The notes beneath the pieces were generated by a model that worked only from the letters and a program-made list of their open reading frames with translations, was not told the origin of the DNA and ran no database searches. Below are positions 18,676 through 28,880 of a DNA stretch of 64,000 nucleotides, one piece after another. Within the stretch, counting starts at the first letter, position 1. Each line of letters opens with the position of its first letter. Position numbers and translations under genes: made by a program. Source of the stretch: an uncultured bacterium (lineage in GTDB: Bacteria; Zhuqueibacterota; QNDG01; JAGLOF01); contig CAZUMH010000006.1 in the NCBI GenBank assembly GCA_964621645.1, forward strand, positions 5,173-69,172, given 5' to 3'.

Positions 18676-20646
18676 ATGCCTGAAAAGAAATCGCCGGATG
18701 GTGATAAGTTTCAATGGAAGAAGATGTCCCGGGCTCTCTTTTTCTGGGTCCTGCTCTTCGTCGTGGTAATCTATGTTGTCAGTATTTTCAACGGTGGCAG
18801 GGAACGAGAGGTCGAGATAGACTATTATCCCAATTTCGAGCAGCTGGTGCAGGCAGGAGCGGTGGACCGGGTCACGGTGATCGACAATGTCCTGCACGGC
18901 CAACTCTCTTATGAAGAGACATTGGTGAAGAACGGAACGACAATCAAATATAAGAAATTCAAGACAAATCTGCCCCTCATCGACCGGGAAATGCTGCAGC
19001 AGTGGACGGAACAGGGAATCAAATACAGCTTTGAGAACAAATCCGCCGGCTGGTGGGGATTCATCCTCCCCATGCTGCCCTGGGTCTTTTTCATTTTTCT
19101 CTATTTCTTCTTCATTCGGCGTATGCAGGGAGGAGGAGGAGGAGCAAAAGGGATCTTCAGTTTCGGCAAGAGCCGGGCCAAGCTGCTCTCGGAAAATATC
19201 TCCCGGGTTACTTTCGACGATGTGGCCGGCGCCGATGAGGCCAAGATGGAGCTGAGTGAGATCATCGATTTTCTCAAAGAACCGGAGAAATTTCAGGCTC
19301 TGGGAGGGAGGATTCCCAAAGGGGTGTTGCTGCTGGGGCCTCCCGGTACCGGCAAGACATTGCTGGGCAAGGCAGTGGCAGGTGAGGCGGGGGTGCCTTT
19401 CTTCAGCATTTCAGGCGCTGATTTCGTGGAGATGTTTGTGGGTGTGGGGGCTTCCCGGGTGCGGGATCTCTTCGATCAGGGCAAAAAGAACGCGCCGTGC
19501 ATTATTTTCATCGATGAAATAGACGCGGTAGGGAGGCAGCGCGGCGCCGGACTGGGCGGAGGACATGATGAGCGGGAACAGACACTGAACCAGCTTTTGG
19601 TGGAGATGGACGGATTCGAGTCCAACGAGGGCGTCATCCTTCTGGCCGCCACCAACCGGCCCGATGTGCTTGATCAGGCCCTACTTCGTCCCGGACGTTT
19701 CGACCGGCAGGTAGTGGTGGATCGGCCCGATGTGCGGGGCCGTGAAGGCATTCTGAAAGTGCATACCCGCAAGATCCCTCTGTCCAAAGATGTGACGCTG
19801 TCCGTCCTGGCCAAGGGCACTCCCGGTTTTTCCGGAGCTGATCTGGCCAATCTGGTGAACGAGGCTGCGCTGCTCGCCGCCCGGCGAGACCGCAAGCAGG
19901 TACTCATGGTCGATCTGGAAGAGGCCAAGGATAAGGTAATGATGGGCGCGGAACGCCGCAGTCTGGTGATCACCGAAGATGAAAAGAAAAACACCGCATA
20001 TCATGAGTCCGGACACGTGCTTGTCTCCAAGCTTATCCCCGGATCAGATCCGGTGCATAAAGTTACCATCATCCCCCGCGGCAGGGCTCTGGGAGTGACC
20101 TCTTTTCTCCCCATCGACGAGAAGCATAATTATACCAAAACCTACTGCCAGGGCATCATGGCCCATATGCTGGGCGGCAGGGCCGCGGAGATGATTGTCT
20201 TCAACGAACAGAGCACCGGGGCGGGCAACGATCTGGAGAGAGCCACGGAGATGGCCCGCAAGATGGTCTGCGAGTGGGGCATGAGTGAAAAGCTTGGTCC
20301 GGTCACTTTCGGGAAGAAATCCGAAGAGATCTTTTTAGGACGGGAAATCAGCCAGCACCGGGATTACAGTGAAAATACGGCCGTACTCATCGATGAAGAG
20401 GTGAAACGGATGGTTGCCAAGGCGGATACATTGGCCCGTAAACTGATAAAAGAAAATTTGGACACGCTGCACCGGGTTGCCGAAGCACTGCTGGAACGGG
20501 AAATCCTGGACGGTGAAGAGCTGGACCGGCTGTTCAATGGAGAAAAGCTGCCCCGCAAGAAAGCCGTCAAAAAGGAGGAGACCGGGGAAAAGAAAACCAA
20601 ATCCGCCAGGAAACGCGGATCCGGAACAAAAAAAGAGAAGAAATAG
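18676..20646 (+). CDS. ftsH: ATP-dependent zinc metalloprotease FtsH
   Basis: Two TMs, [21 protein letters not shown] motif [20 protein letters not shown] and zinc motif HESGH. Confidence 0.98.
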   Translation: MPEKKSPDGDKFQWKKMSRALFFWVLLFVVVIYVVSIFNGGREREVEIDYYPNFEQLVQAGAVDRVTVIDNVLHGQLSYEETLVKNGTTIKYKKFKTNLPLIDREMLQQWTEQGIKYSFENKSAGWWGFILPMLPWVFFIFLYFFFIRRMQGGGGGAKGIFSFGKSRAKLLSENISRVTFDDVAGADEAKMELSEIIDFLKEPEKFQALGGRIPKGVLLLGPPGTGKTLLGKAVAGEAGVPFFSISGADFVEMFVGVGASRVRDLFDQGKKNAPCIIFIDEIDAVGRQRGAGLGGGHDEREQTLNQLLVEMDGFESNEGVILLAATNRPDVLDQALLRPGRFDRQVVVDRPDVRGREGILKVHTRKIPLSKDVTLSVLAKGTPGFSGADLANLVNEAALLAARRDRKQVLMVDLEEAKDKVMMGAERRSLVITEDEKKNTAYHESGHVLVSKLIPGSDPVHKVTIIPRGRALGVTSFLPIDEKHNYTKTYCQGIMAHMLGGRAAEMIVFNEQSTGAGNDLERATEMARKMVCEWGMSEKLGPVTFGKKSEEIFLGREISQHRDYSENTAVLIDEEVKRMVAKADTLARKLIKENLDTLHRVAEALLEREILDGEELDRLFNGEKLPRKKAVKKEETGEKKTKSARKRGSGTKKEKK

Positions 20647-20701
20647 GGTGATACGGAGCCGTCCGGTCCGTTTTTACTATACAGCTTTACGGGGGTAAGC
20701 A

Positions 20702-22213
20702 GTGAAGTCACTCGGAATTCTCTTTACAGGAGGAAGCCTGTTGAGGAGGTATCATCCTTCAATCATGATGAAGAGCATTCCCCGCCGTGTAACAGGAGTT
20801 GTCCTTATCTCCGCTGCAGTACTGTCCCTTTTCAATGTATCATGTCAGAGAGAAAGAACGGGGCATTTTACGGTCCTGCCTCTCCTCTCCGATAATAAAG
20901 ACCTGGCCTGTTCCGTTGCCTGGGCCGCAGGTCTCAGTTTGAGATCCGCTCCACCCAAACAGATCATTATCCGGCCCTTGCTGAGTCAAACAGGCATGGT
21001 GGTCGAAGATTCCCTGAGTACTGCCGCTGGTGCCAGACGCTATGCCGAACGATCCGGAGTAGATCAGCTGCTGCTGATACACGTCCGACAAACATTATCG
21101 GATAAGGCTGTCCTCGACTGGAGCCTTGTCCGGGTGAAAGGCGAAGAGACCATCCTCAACGCGAACGATACTTTGGTCTACCGGGATGCTGAAGCCTGCT
21201 TTCACCGTCTGGCGGATCGACTCTCCGCTGAACAGGTGCCGGTATCGGCGGCCGCGGATTCTCTTATCCCGGTTATCCCGGAAGGTGATGATTGGCACCG
21301 GTTGGGCCGGGGGCTGCACCGGGAACTCTTCGGAGATGTAACAGCGGCCGAGAGGGCCTACCGGGAGGAGCTCGCATCCTCTCCGGAATGCCGTCCCGCT
21401 TCCTTGGGATTGGCACGGGTTCTGGTGCGGCTGGGACTGCGCTCAAAAGGGACGGGCCGTCTTCCGGATGAACTCTATCAGGAAGCGGAGGAATCCCTGC
21501 GGAAATTACGCCGGGATGGTGCCTTCCGCGCTGAAGCACTGCGGCTGCTGGGAAGACTGTACATTCAGAAAGGCCGTTTCAATGAAGGTGAGCGATTCGT
21601 AAAGCAGGCCTATTCAATCAGGCCTGATGATCCCCGGGTACTGCTGGAGCTGAGCCGGTTGCACCCCTCCCGTTTCCGGGATCTGGGTTTTCGCAGCCGC
21701 CTCGCCATCCTGAACCGCTGCCTGAAACTGAATCCTGCTTTTCTGGAGGCCTCCCTGTCCGCGGCGGATATCTACTATTTCCGCAACCAAACGAAGAAAG
21801 CGGAAGATGTGTATGAGAAGATACTCAGGATAAATCCCGTCTCCCTGGACGCGCTCATGGCTCTGGGCAAGATCTATGTCCTGAAGGGTGATGTGTCCCG
21901 GATCATCACCACCTATCAGCGGGTGCTCGAGATTGATCCTCAATACCCTGAGGCCTACTACAATCTGGGGATCGCTTACTTCAACAGCGACAGGAGAGAG
22001 GAAGCGGCCCGTTTCTTTCACCGGGCGATTGAACTCGATGATCATGCCGACAGTTATTTCTACCTTGGCGTTATAGAAATGGAGGCCGGACATAAAGAGC
22101 AGGCCATACACTACTTCCGGGAACGGATAAAACGCCGCCAGGGTATGGATGATACCTACGCGAATGAGGCGGTGGATAATCTCTATCAGCTGCTGCACGG
22201 GGATGAACAATAA
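20702..22213 (+). CDS. TPR-containing exported or membrane-anchored protein (start uncertain)
   Basis: N-terminal hydrophobic segment with a possible lipobox (FNVSC); several TPRs, e.g. AYYNLGIAYFNSDRREEAARFFHRA. Its stop overlaps the folP start. Confidence 0.75.
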   Translation: MKSLGILFTGGSLLRRYHPSIMMKSIPRRVTGVVLISAAVLSLFNVSCQRERTGHFTVLPLLSDNKDLACSVAWAAGLSLRSAPPKQIIIRPLLSQTGMVVEDSLSTAAGARRYAERSGVDQLLLIHVRQTLSDKAVLDWSLVRVKGEETILNANDTLVYRDAEACFHRLADRLSAEQVPVSAAADSLIPVIPEGDDWHRLGRGLHRELFGDVTAAERAYREELASSPECRPASLGLARVLVRLGLRSKGTGRLPDELYQEAEESLRKLRRDGAFRAEALRLLGRLYIQKGRFNEGERFVKQAYSIRPDDPRVLLELSRLHPSRFRDLGFRSRLAILNRCLKLNPAFLEASLSAADIYYFRNQTKKAEDVYEKILRINPVSLDALMALGKIYVLKGDVSRIITTYQRVLEIDPQYPEAYYNLGIAYFNSDRREEAARFFHRAIELDDHADSYFYLGVIEMEAGHKEQAIHYFRERIKRRQGMDDTYANEAVDNLYQLLHGDEQ

Positions 22214-23388
22214 TGACGCTGCGCCTGTTCCATTATTGCGACACGGATGAGCTCGCGGAACGGCTGGCTGAAATGGAAGCGGGACCGGTCCCGGCAGCCA
22301 GCCCGGAGGAGGGATGGGTGCTCGTCGGAGAGGACATTGATGCAGACGTGCTCAGATCGATCCCGGCGATGGTTTCTGAGGAGATTCCCGCATTAGTGGT
22401 CCGTCCGGAGTCCCCGGCCTCCAGATCGTTCATTATCATCACGAACATGCTACAGTCACTGAGCCGCAGCGGTAAAGAAATCCTGCCGCCGGCCCTGGCA
22501 GCGTCATGTCTCCAACTGCTGGGATCCTATCGCACTGGCGCGCCCCCTACGCTGATGCTTGGCAATAGAGAAGTAGATCTTTCCCACAAGACCCATGTCA
22601 TGGGGATTCTCAATGTTACTCCAGACTCCTTCTACGACGGCGGCCGCTACCGGGATCACGATAAAGCCGTTGAGCGAGGTCTGGAGCTTGCTGCACAGGG
22701 AGCGGATTTTATCGACGTCGGGGGGGAGTCGTCCCGTCCCGGGGCAGAGCCCGTCGGTATCGAGGAAGAACTGGCACGGGTCATCCCGGTAATCGAACAG
22801 CTCCACGGGGCGACCAGTGTACCGCTTTCCATCGATACGAGGAAATCCGAAGTAGCCGAGGCCGCCCTAAAAGCGGGGGCCTCCGTCATCAACGACATCA
22901 GCGGATTGCGCAGTGATCCCCGCATGGCCGTTTTGGCCGCGAAGAGCGGCGCGGCTCTGATCCTGATGCACATGAAGGGCACACCGGGGACCATGCAGTC
23001 CGATCCCCTGGGGGGAGATATCATGGGAGCTATCTACCAGGGCCTGGCCTCCAGTATGGAAACGGCTCTGGATGCGGGTGTATCCCGGGATAGAATCATC
23101 CTTGATCCGGGGATCGGTTTCGGCAAGAAGCGGCCGGATAATTTCACCATTATCCGGCGCCTGGATGAATTGCGGGGATTGGGCCGTCCGCTTCTGATGG
23201 GAATTTCCCGAAAATCATGCCTGGGGTGGCTGCTTGACCTGCCCGAGGACGAACGTCTGGTGCCGTCTCTGGCGGCTGCGGTAGCCAGTTCCGTGAGGGG
23301 CGCGCAAATACTCCGGGTGCACGATGTCAAGGAAACGGTGCAGGCGCTGTGCGTGGCCGACCGGATCTCTAAACGGGAGACAGGATAA
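22213..23388 (+). CDS. folP: Dihydropteroate synthase with N-terminal extension
   Basis: MGILNVTPDSFYDGG, IDVGGESSRPG, SIDTRK, INDISG, LDPGIGFGK, GISRKS and RVHDV. Confidence 0.96.
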   Translation: MTLRLFHYCDTDELAERLAEMEAGPVPAASPEEGWVLVGEDIDADVLRSIPAMVSEEIPALVVRPESPASRSFIIITNMLQSLSRSGKEILPPALAASCLQLLGSYRTGAPPTLMLGNREVDLSHKTHVMGILNVTPDSFYDGGRYRDHDKAVERGLELAAQGADFIDVGGESSRPGAEPVGIEEELARVIPVIEQLHGATSVPLSIDTRKSEVAEAALKAGASVINDISGLRSDPRMAVLAAKSGAALILMHMKGTPGTMQSDPLGGDIMGAIYQGLASSMETALDAGVSRDRIILDPGIGFGKKRPDNFTIIRRLDELRGLGRPLLMGISRKSCLGWLLDLPEDERLVPSLAAAVASSVRGAQILRVHDVKETVQALCVADRISKRETG

Positions 23389-23391
23389 TCC

Positions 23392-24168
23392 ATGGATATT
23401 AACGTCATAATTTTCCACATTGGATTTTTACCGGTAGGTATCATCGATATTCTCGATATTCTGCTGGTCTCGTATGTACTCTACAAGACCTACTTTCTCA
23501 TGTACCGTACCCGGGCCGTGCAGATGTTTATCGGGCTGCTTATCATTCTGCTGGTTTCCTTTATCACCCAGGCGCTGCACATGCAGGGCATGTCCCTGAT
23601 TTTCCGCAGCCTGCAGACCATCTGGCTGCTGGCCTTCGTCATCCTCTTTCAGCCCGAACTGCGCCGGGTGCTCACCCTGTTGGGTCAAAACCGATTCATC
23701 CGCTTTTTTACCAAAGAACAGACCAGTGAAGTGATCAGTGAGATCGTGCGGGGGGCGGTGGAGCTCTCCCGCCGGGGCTACGGCGGACTCATCGTTTTGG
23801 TGCGGGACACGGGACTGAAAACGATTGTGGAAACAGGAATGAAAGTTCAATCCGTGGTGACGTCGGCTCTCATCGTGTCGATCTTCAATCCTCGTTCACC
23901 TCTGCATGACGGCGCTGTTATCATCCAGAACGATGTCATCGAGGCGGCAAAATGCATTCTGCCGCTTTCCAAAAATACCGGGCTGGAATACAAGTTCGGG
24001 ACCAGACACCGGGCGGCCATCGGCATGACCGAAGAGTCGGACGCCCTGGTAATCATTGTTTCTGAAGAGTCCGGCGCCATCTCTCTGGCCGAGAACGGGG
24101 AGATCGTGCGGGGGCTTGACTTCGATATGTTAAAAAGCGCCATTCAGGCCGGATTACGGCGCAGCTAG
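23392..24168 (+). CDS. cdaA: Diadenylate cyclase CdaA (c-di-AMP synthase)
   Basis: Three N-terminal TMs, ILFQPELRR, SPLHDGAV (DGA motif), GTRHRAA (RHR motif) and VSEESG. Confidence 0.95.
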   Translation: MDINVIIFHIGFLPVGIIDILDILLVSYVLYKTYFLMYRTRAVQMFIGLLIILLVSFITQALHMQGMSLIFRSLQTIWLLAFVILFQPELRRVLTLLGQNRFIRFFTKEQTSEVISEIVRGAVELSRRGYGGLIVLVRDTGLKTIVETGMKVQSVVTSALIVSIFNPRSPLHDGAVIIQNDVIEAAKCILPLSKNTGLEYKFGTRHRAAIGMTEESDALVIIVSEESGAISLAENGEIVRGLDFDMLKSAIQAGLRRS

Positions 24169-24208
24169 AGGAATTATCCAGAGCGGAGAATTTAATCAAA
24201 AAAAAATA

Positions 24209-27200
24209 ATGACTCAGCGGATATCACATACTGTTCGATTTTTATTATGTGCCGGCCTGCTTTCCATCCCCGGAACGGGTGTGACCCAGTCCGCTTCCCG
24301 GCACAATAAATCCTCGGCGCTATCTTTGGAAGTTGCCGTCCCCCTGCCTGAAGCGGCGGCGGTGGGAAACTCCGGTTCTCTCTTTCAGCCAATCCTTAGG
24401 CGCAACCTCTTTTTCACCGCTCGTGATACGGCGCTTTCAGTCTCCCTGCTCCGACTGGTCAAATCCGATCGGGCTGCCGCAGCCGGAATCGCGGCGCTGG
24501 AAGATATCCCGCTGGGTCTGGATGAACCGGTAAAACCGGATATCACTCCCTCCGGTCTGACCTGGAAAAAGGAACTGCTGGGACGGATATCGGGGGGATA
24601 CCTCTTCCAGGTGCGTTTGAGTTATGTCCCCGGCAAAAACGATAAACCTGTCACACGGATTGTCTTTCAGATCCGGGGCGCGGACAGCAAACAGATCCAT
24701 CCTCCGCTTCCGCCACTCCTGGAGAGCCGATTAGCGGCCGCTCCCGGTCGGACGGCCTCGGATCAATCCGGCACATTATCCAGCCTGTCCACAGCGGCCC
24801 CGCGCCTGAAAATATGGGTCTCCAAAGAAGGAATCGTGCGGATTCCCGCTCTGGTGATTAAAGCGGCCGGTCTGGCACCGGACGGATTCGATCCCCGCAG
24901 ACTGAGCGTCATCAGCCGGGGCCGGGAAATCCCCATCCAGGTGGCCGGAGAAGAGGACGGGGTGCTGGACACCCGGGATGCGGTGGAATTTTTTGCCGAG
25001 CCGCCCTGGGAGTGGGAAGACGCTTCCCAGGACAGGAAGCATCTCGATATTTACAGTAACTGCAACATATACTGGCTGGAAGCGGGAGAGGGGCCCGGTC
25101 TCCGTTTCGGGCAGGAATCGGCCTCGGAAGGCGAAGTGGATTGGTCGGAGCTGCGCTACCCCCGTTCGACTCCTTTCCCGCTCCATGTCGAACGAGACGG
25201 TGCCTTCCACCGGCTCAACTATACACAGGGAGTAGCACCGGCGGATCACTGGGTCTACAGCGGCGGTATCTCAGGGGGAGAGAAGAGGGAGTTCAGCTTT
25301 AAGCTTGCCGCTCCCGATGAGTACGCGCTCACGCCCTTCCGGGTCAGGCTCAAGCTTCGGGGCATCTCAGAAACCGGCACTCTGAACCGGGTGGATGTCT
25401 TTGTCAATGAGGTTCTGGTCGGTTCCGGTGAGTGGCGCAACAACCAGCAACTCTTCCTGGTCAGCGAAGAAGCCAGCGCCGCCTTCCTGAAAGAGGGAAC
25501 CAACCAGCTGACCATTGTCAACCATTCCAGTGACGGCGCTCTTTCCCAACTGTTCCTGGATTGGTTTGACGTGGAATATCCCCACCTGCTGGAAGCGGGA
25601 GACGACTATCTGGAGTTCCGTCCTCCCGCAAACAGCCTGGGAATGGTAAGCCGCTTTGAAATAGGCGGATTCAGCAATCCGGATATCGAGATTTTCAAAC
25701 TCTCGAGCAGCCGGATATTCAAACCGGATATCACTCCGGTAACCGACAGCACCAATACCACCACTTACACCGTACACTTTGACGATCGCATCACGAATGC
25801 CTGCGGCCGTTACCTGGCCTTTACATCAAAGGCTGTATTCGCCCCTGACACCATGGCCCTGGTCCCTCCTTCGGATCTCAGGCAGCGCTCCCTGGGAGCC
25901 GATTACATCGTTATTTACCCCTCAGACTCTCTCGGCGCCGAGCCGCTGGCTCCCCTGCTCGATCTGCGCCGCTCCCAGGGGCACCAAATCGTCCTGGCTC
26001 TGCTGGAGGATATTTACAATGAGTTCAATAACGGGCAGCCCAATCCCCGCGCCATCCGGGAGTATTTACGCTACTGCTATGAGCATCGCTCCGATACCCT
26101 GCAGTACGTCCTCCTGGTGGGAGACGGCACCATCAACCAGCGTCTTACGCCGGCAGAGGGGAACCAGATTCCCGTCTACTTCTACCAGACGGTGAAGTAC
26201 GGGGCCGCTCCTTCGGATCACTGGTACGTGCTCCTGGAGGGGGACGATTACAATCCCGACATGGCCATCGGCAGACTGCCGGTGAAAAACCGGGAAGATC
26301 TGGAGCTGATGGTGGGAAAGACAGTGTCCTACGAAACAGCTCCGCCGGCCGCCTGGAACAACCGCTGCCTGTTGATCGGGGCCGGCGGCTATAATTCGGC
26401 CTTCCAATCCCAAAGTGAAACGCTGATCAGGGAGGTGCTGCCGCCTCTGTTCCATCCGGAGCGGCTCTACCTTGCCGGCGATCCGTCGGATCCCAACGTT
26501 GGAGGCACCACAGATCTGCTGCGTCATCTGGAAGACGGGATGGCGCTAGTCAATTTTCGCGGCCACGGCGGCGGAGCCGTCTGGGCCGACGCCGGACTCC
26601 TTGACCTGGACGATGTGGGGCTGATCCAGAACCGGGACAGACTGCCGTTTATCACCAGTATGACCTGTTTCACCGGTGATTTCTCCGGCGGACGCACCTG
26701 TCTTGCCGAGGCGCTCCTTCTGGATTCACCCCACGGCGCGGTTGCCCTCTGGGGATCGACCGGCCTGGGCTGGGTGTATAATGATTATGTCCTCATCACC
26801 GAATTTTACCGTGAGCTCTCACGCAATCCCCGGGCTCCCCTGGGGGCCCTCCTGGCAGCGGCGAAACGGGACTATTTGAGCGAGACCTGGGGCGACCTGG
26901 CCTGGACAGATGTCCATCAGTATACACTGCTGGGAGATCCGGCTTTGCGACTGGCCCTCCCATCAGACACTCTGGATATCACGCTTGAGAAACGCTCTCT
27001 GGCGCAGGGAGACTCGCTCCGGATCGAAGTTCCTTCTTCCGCCAGTGGATCCAGTGCCCGGGCGGAGGTGTTCCGTCCCGACCGGCAGACAGTGAACAGC
27101 ACCGATTTTGAAAGTCTTCCCACTTCCGGAGACATTGATATCCCTCTCCCGGAGGATTTCGATCTGCAGCGTGCCGGGTTTCGGATACATGTCTGGAACC

Positions 27201-28873
27201 AAAACAGCGGTTATCAGGCTCACGGATTTTCACTATTCTCTTTGGGAGTGACTTTTTTCGATTCTGTCCGGACCATACCGGCCGAACCGCAGGGGGGCGA
27301 TTCTCTCCACTTTGCGGCAATTATCGAAAATGGAGCGGGGATCGACCGGGCCTGGTGCCGGCTGATTTCGCCGGTTCCGGACAGCCTGGAGATGGTCCCC
27401 GGCTCTGTGAGCGGCAGGTACAGAACCCTGAAGGCGGCCGGCCCCTTTAATCCCGGAGTGGAGATCGTCTATGCCATTGGGATCCTCGGCGGCCAGGGAG
27501 ACATAAGCAGTAGTGACACGCTGCGGCTGCATCTGCCGGGAGCGGCCGACCTGAGGATCAACGCTGTTTCCTTTGGAGGAATATCTGCTCCTCAGCTGGA
27601 AGCGGTGATTTATAATAGCGGCGAAGCACCGGCCGGGAAAGCTCTGGTCCTCTTTGCCGACAGCAGCGCTTCCTTGCTTGGCACTGATACGGTTAACGTC
27701 GCCGGTTACAGCCAGACAGTTTCGACGATACAATTGACGCCGCAGAGCCCGCAGCCATTGTCCCTGCGGGTAACGGTGAATCCTGATTCCAGCCTGACTG
27801 AGAGTAACTATGGCAACAACAGCTGGATTGGGATGCTGCAGCCGGATCACTTCCTTGTTACCCCGCAGGAAGGCAGCGGTCCGGCGGATAGAGCGGGTCT
27901 GCCTGGCCGGGTGATGATCCACATTCCCCCCGAAGCCGTTCCGCAGGCGACCGTCCTCAGGGTTCAACGGGGCAGGGGAGGGGATCTTGGTTTAGGCTCA
28001 GCCGTTGAAGCTGCGAATGACACCTTATTCTTCCTGGATCTGCCAGGACTTGATGATCCGGTTTCTCTGACGGAGGAAGCACAGCTTGCCTTCTCTCTTG
28101 ATCCCGGGGACTCCAGCACGGCGCTGCGGCTCTATCGCTGGGAGGCGGAGCGCAGAACCTGGCTGGCCCAGCCAGGTACCGGACAAGATGGACTGCTGAC
28201 GGTGAACAGCGCCATCCTGGGATATTTCCGCCTGGGCAGCAGTGACGACACAGCTCCGCCGGGAATTAATATCGAGGTGCGCCGTCAATCCTTCACCACG
28301 GGAAGTTTTACCTCCCTGCGGCCCGCCTTCCTTATCACTCTTTCCGATTCTTCCGGGCTGGACCTGAGTCCCGGCAGGCTGCGGCTCTTCCTCGATGAAA
28401 TTGAAGTGGCGGAAACCGATTATGCCGTCCCCGACAGCCTTACCGATCCCGAGCGGGTGACGGTCATCTATCAGCCTGAGCTTGAGGCGGGTCAGCATTC
28501 ACTCGAAGTCGAGGCGGCGGATGTGCATGGCAACAGCACGCGTTCTGACGCGATAACGTTCAGAGCCGGCGATACCCTTGAAATCCACTTTCTCGGAAAC
28601 CATCCCAATCCCTTCGTTACGACGACGATTTTCAGCTATATCCTCACCAGCGAAGCGCTGGAGACGACACTGAAAATATACACCGTCTCAGGGACCCTGA
28701 TACGGACCTTTGCGAATGTGGAGATGAACGGAGCCGACTACCACGAGATCTTCTGGGACGGCCGGGATGAATGGGGAGAAGACACTGCCAACGGGGTCTA
28801 TTTCTTCCAGCTCAGGGCCCGTTCCCGGGAAGGATGGCAGGAAGTGACCGGTAAACTAGCCAAACTGAGATAG
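24209..28873 (+). CDS. Large C25 (gingipain/PorU-like) cysteine peptidase with CARDB-like and C-terminal FlgD-Ig sorting-type domain
   Basis: YVLLVGD, SDHWY, DMAIGRLPV, NFRGHGG (catalytic His), SMTCFTG (catalytic Cys), YTLLGDPAL; C-terminus NHPNPF...TLKIYTVSGTLIRT...WDGRDEWGEDTANGVYFFQL. Confidence 0.9.
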   Translation: MTQRISHTVRFLLCAGLLSIPGTGVTQSASRHNKSSALSLEVAVPLPEAAAVGNSGSLFQPILRRNLFFTARDTALSVSLLRLVKSDRAAAAGIAALEDIPLGLDEPVKPDITPSGLTWKKELLGRISGGYLFQVRLSYVPGKNDKPVTRIVFQIRGADSKQIHPPLPPLLESRLAAAPGRTASDQSGTLSSLSTAAPRLKIWVSKEGIVRIPALVIKAAGLAPDGFDPRRLSVISRGREIPIQVAGEEDGVLDTRDAVEFFAEPPWEWEDASQDRKHLDIYSNCNIYWLEAGEGPGLRFGQESASEGEVDWSELRYPRSTPFPLHVERDGAFHRLNYTQGVAPADHWVYSGGISGGEKREFSFKLAAPDEYALTPFRVRLKLRGISETGTLNRVDVFVNEVLVGSGEWRNNQQLFLVSEEASAAFLKEGTNQLTIVNHSSDGALSQLFLDWFDVEYPHLLEAGDDYLEFRPPANSLGMVSRFEIGGFSNPDIEIFKLSSSRIFKPDITPVTDSTNTTTYTVHFDDRITNACGRYLAFTSKAVFAPDTMALVPPSDLRQRSLGADYIVIYPSDSLGAEPLAPLLDLRRSQGHQIVLALLEDIYNEFNNGQPNPRAIREYLRYCYEHRSDTLQYVLLVGDGTINQRLTPAEGNQIPVYFYQTVKYGAAPSDHWYVLLEGDDYNPDMAIGRLPVKNREDLELMVGKTVSYETAPPAAWNNRCLLIGAGGYNSAFQSQSETLIREVLPPLFHPERLYLAGDPSDPNVGGTTDLLRHLEDGMALVNFRGHGGGAVWADAGLLDLDDVGLIQNRDRLPFITSMTCFTGDFSGGRTCLAEALLLDSPHGAVALWGSTGLGWVYNDYVLITEFYRELSRNPRAPLGALLAAAKRDYLSETWGDLAWTDVHQYTLLGDPALRLALPSDTLDITLEKRSLAQGDSLRIEVPSSASGSSARAEVFRPDRQTVNSTDFESLPTSGDIDIPLPEDFDLQRAGFRIHVWNQNSGYQAHGFSLFSLGVTFFDSVRTIPAEPQGGDSLHFAAIIENGAGIDRAWCRLISPVPDSLEMVPGSVSGRYRTLKAAGPFNPGVEIVYAIGILGGQGDISSSDTLRLHLPGAADLRINAVSFGGISAPQLEAVIYNSGEAPAGKALVLFADSSASLLGTDTVNVAGYSQTVSTIQLTPQSPQPLSLRVTVNPDSSLTESNYGNNSWIGMLQPDHFLVTPQEGSGPADRAGLPGRVMIHIPPEAVPQATVLRVQRGRGGDLGLGSAVEAANDTLFFLDLPGLDDPVSLTEEAQLAFSLDPGDSSTALRLYRWEAERRTWLAQPGTGQDGLLTVNSAILGYFRLGSSDDTAPPGINIEVRRQSFTTGSFTSLRPAFLITLSDSSGLDLSPGRLRLFLDEIEVAETDYAVPDSLTDPERVTVIYQPELEAGQHSLEVEAADVHGNSTRSDAITFRAGDTLEIHFLGNHPNPFVTTTIFSYILTSEALETTLKIYTVSGTLIRTFANVEMNGADYHEIFWDGRDEWGEDTANGVYFFQLRARSREGWQEVTGKLAKLR

Positions 28874-28880
28874 AGATGGT

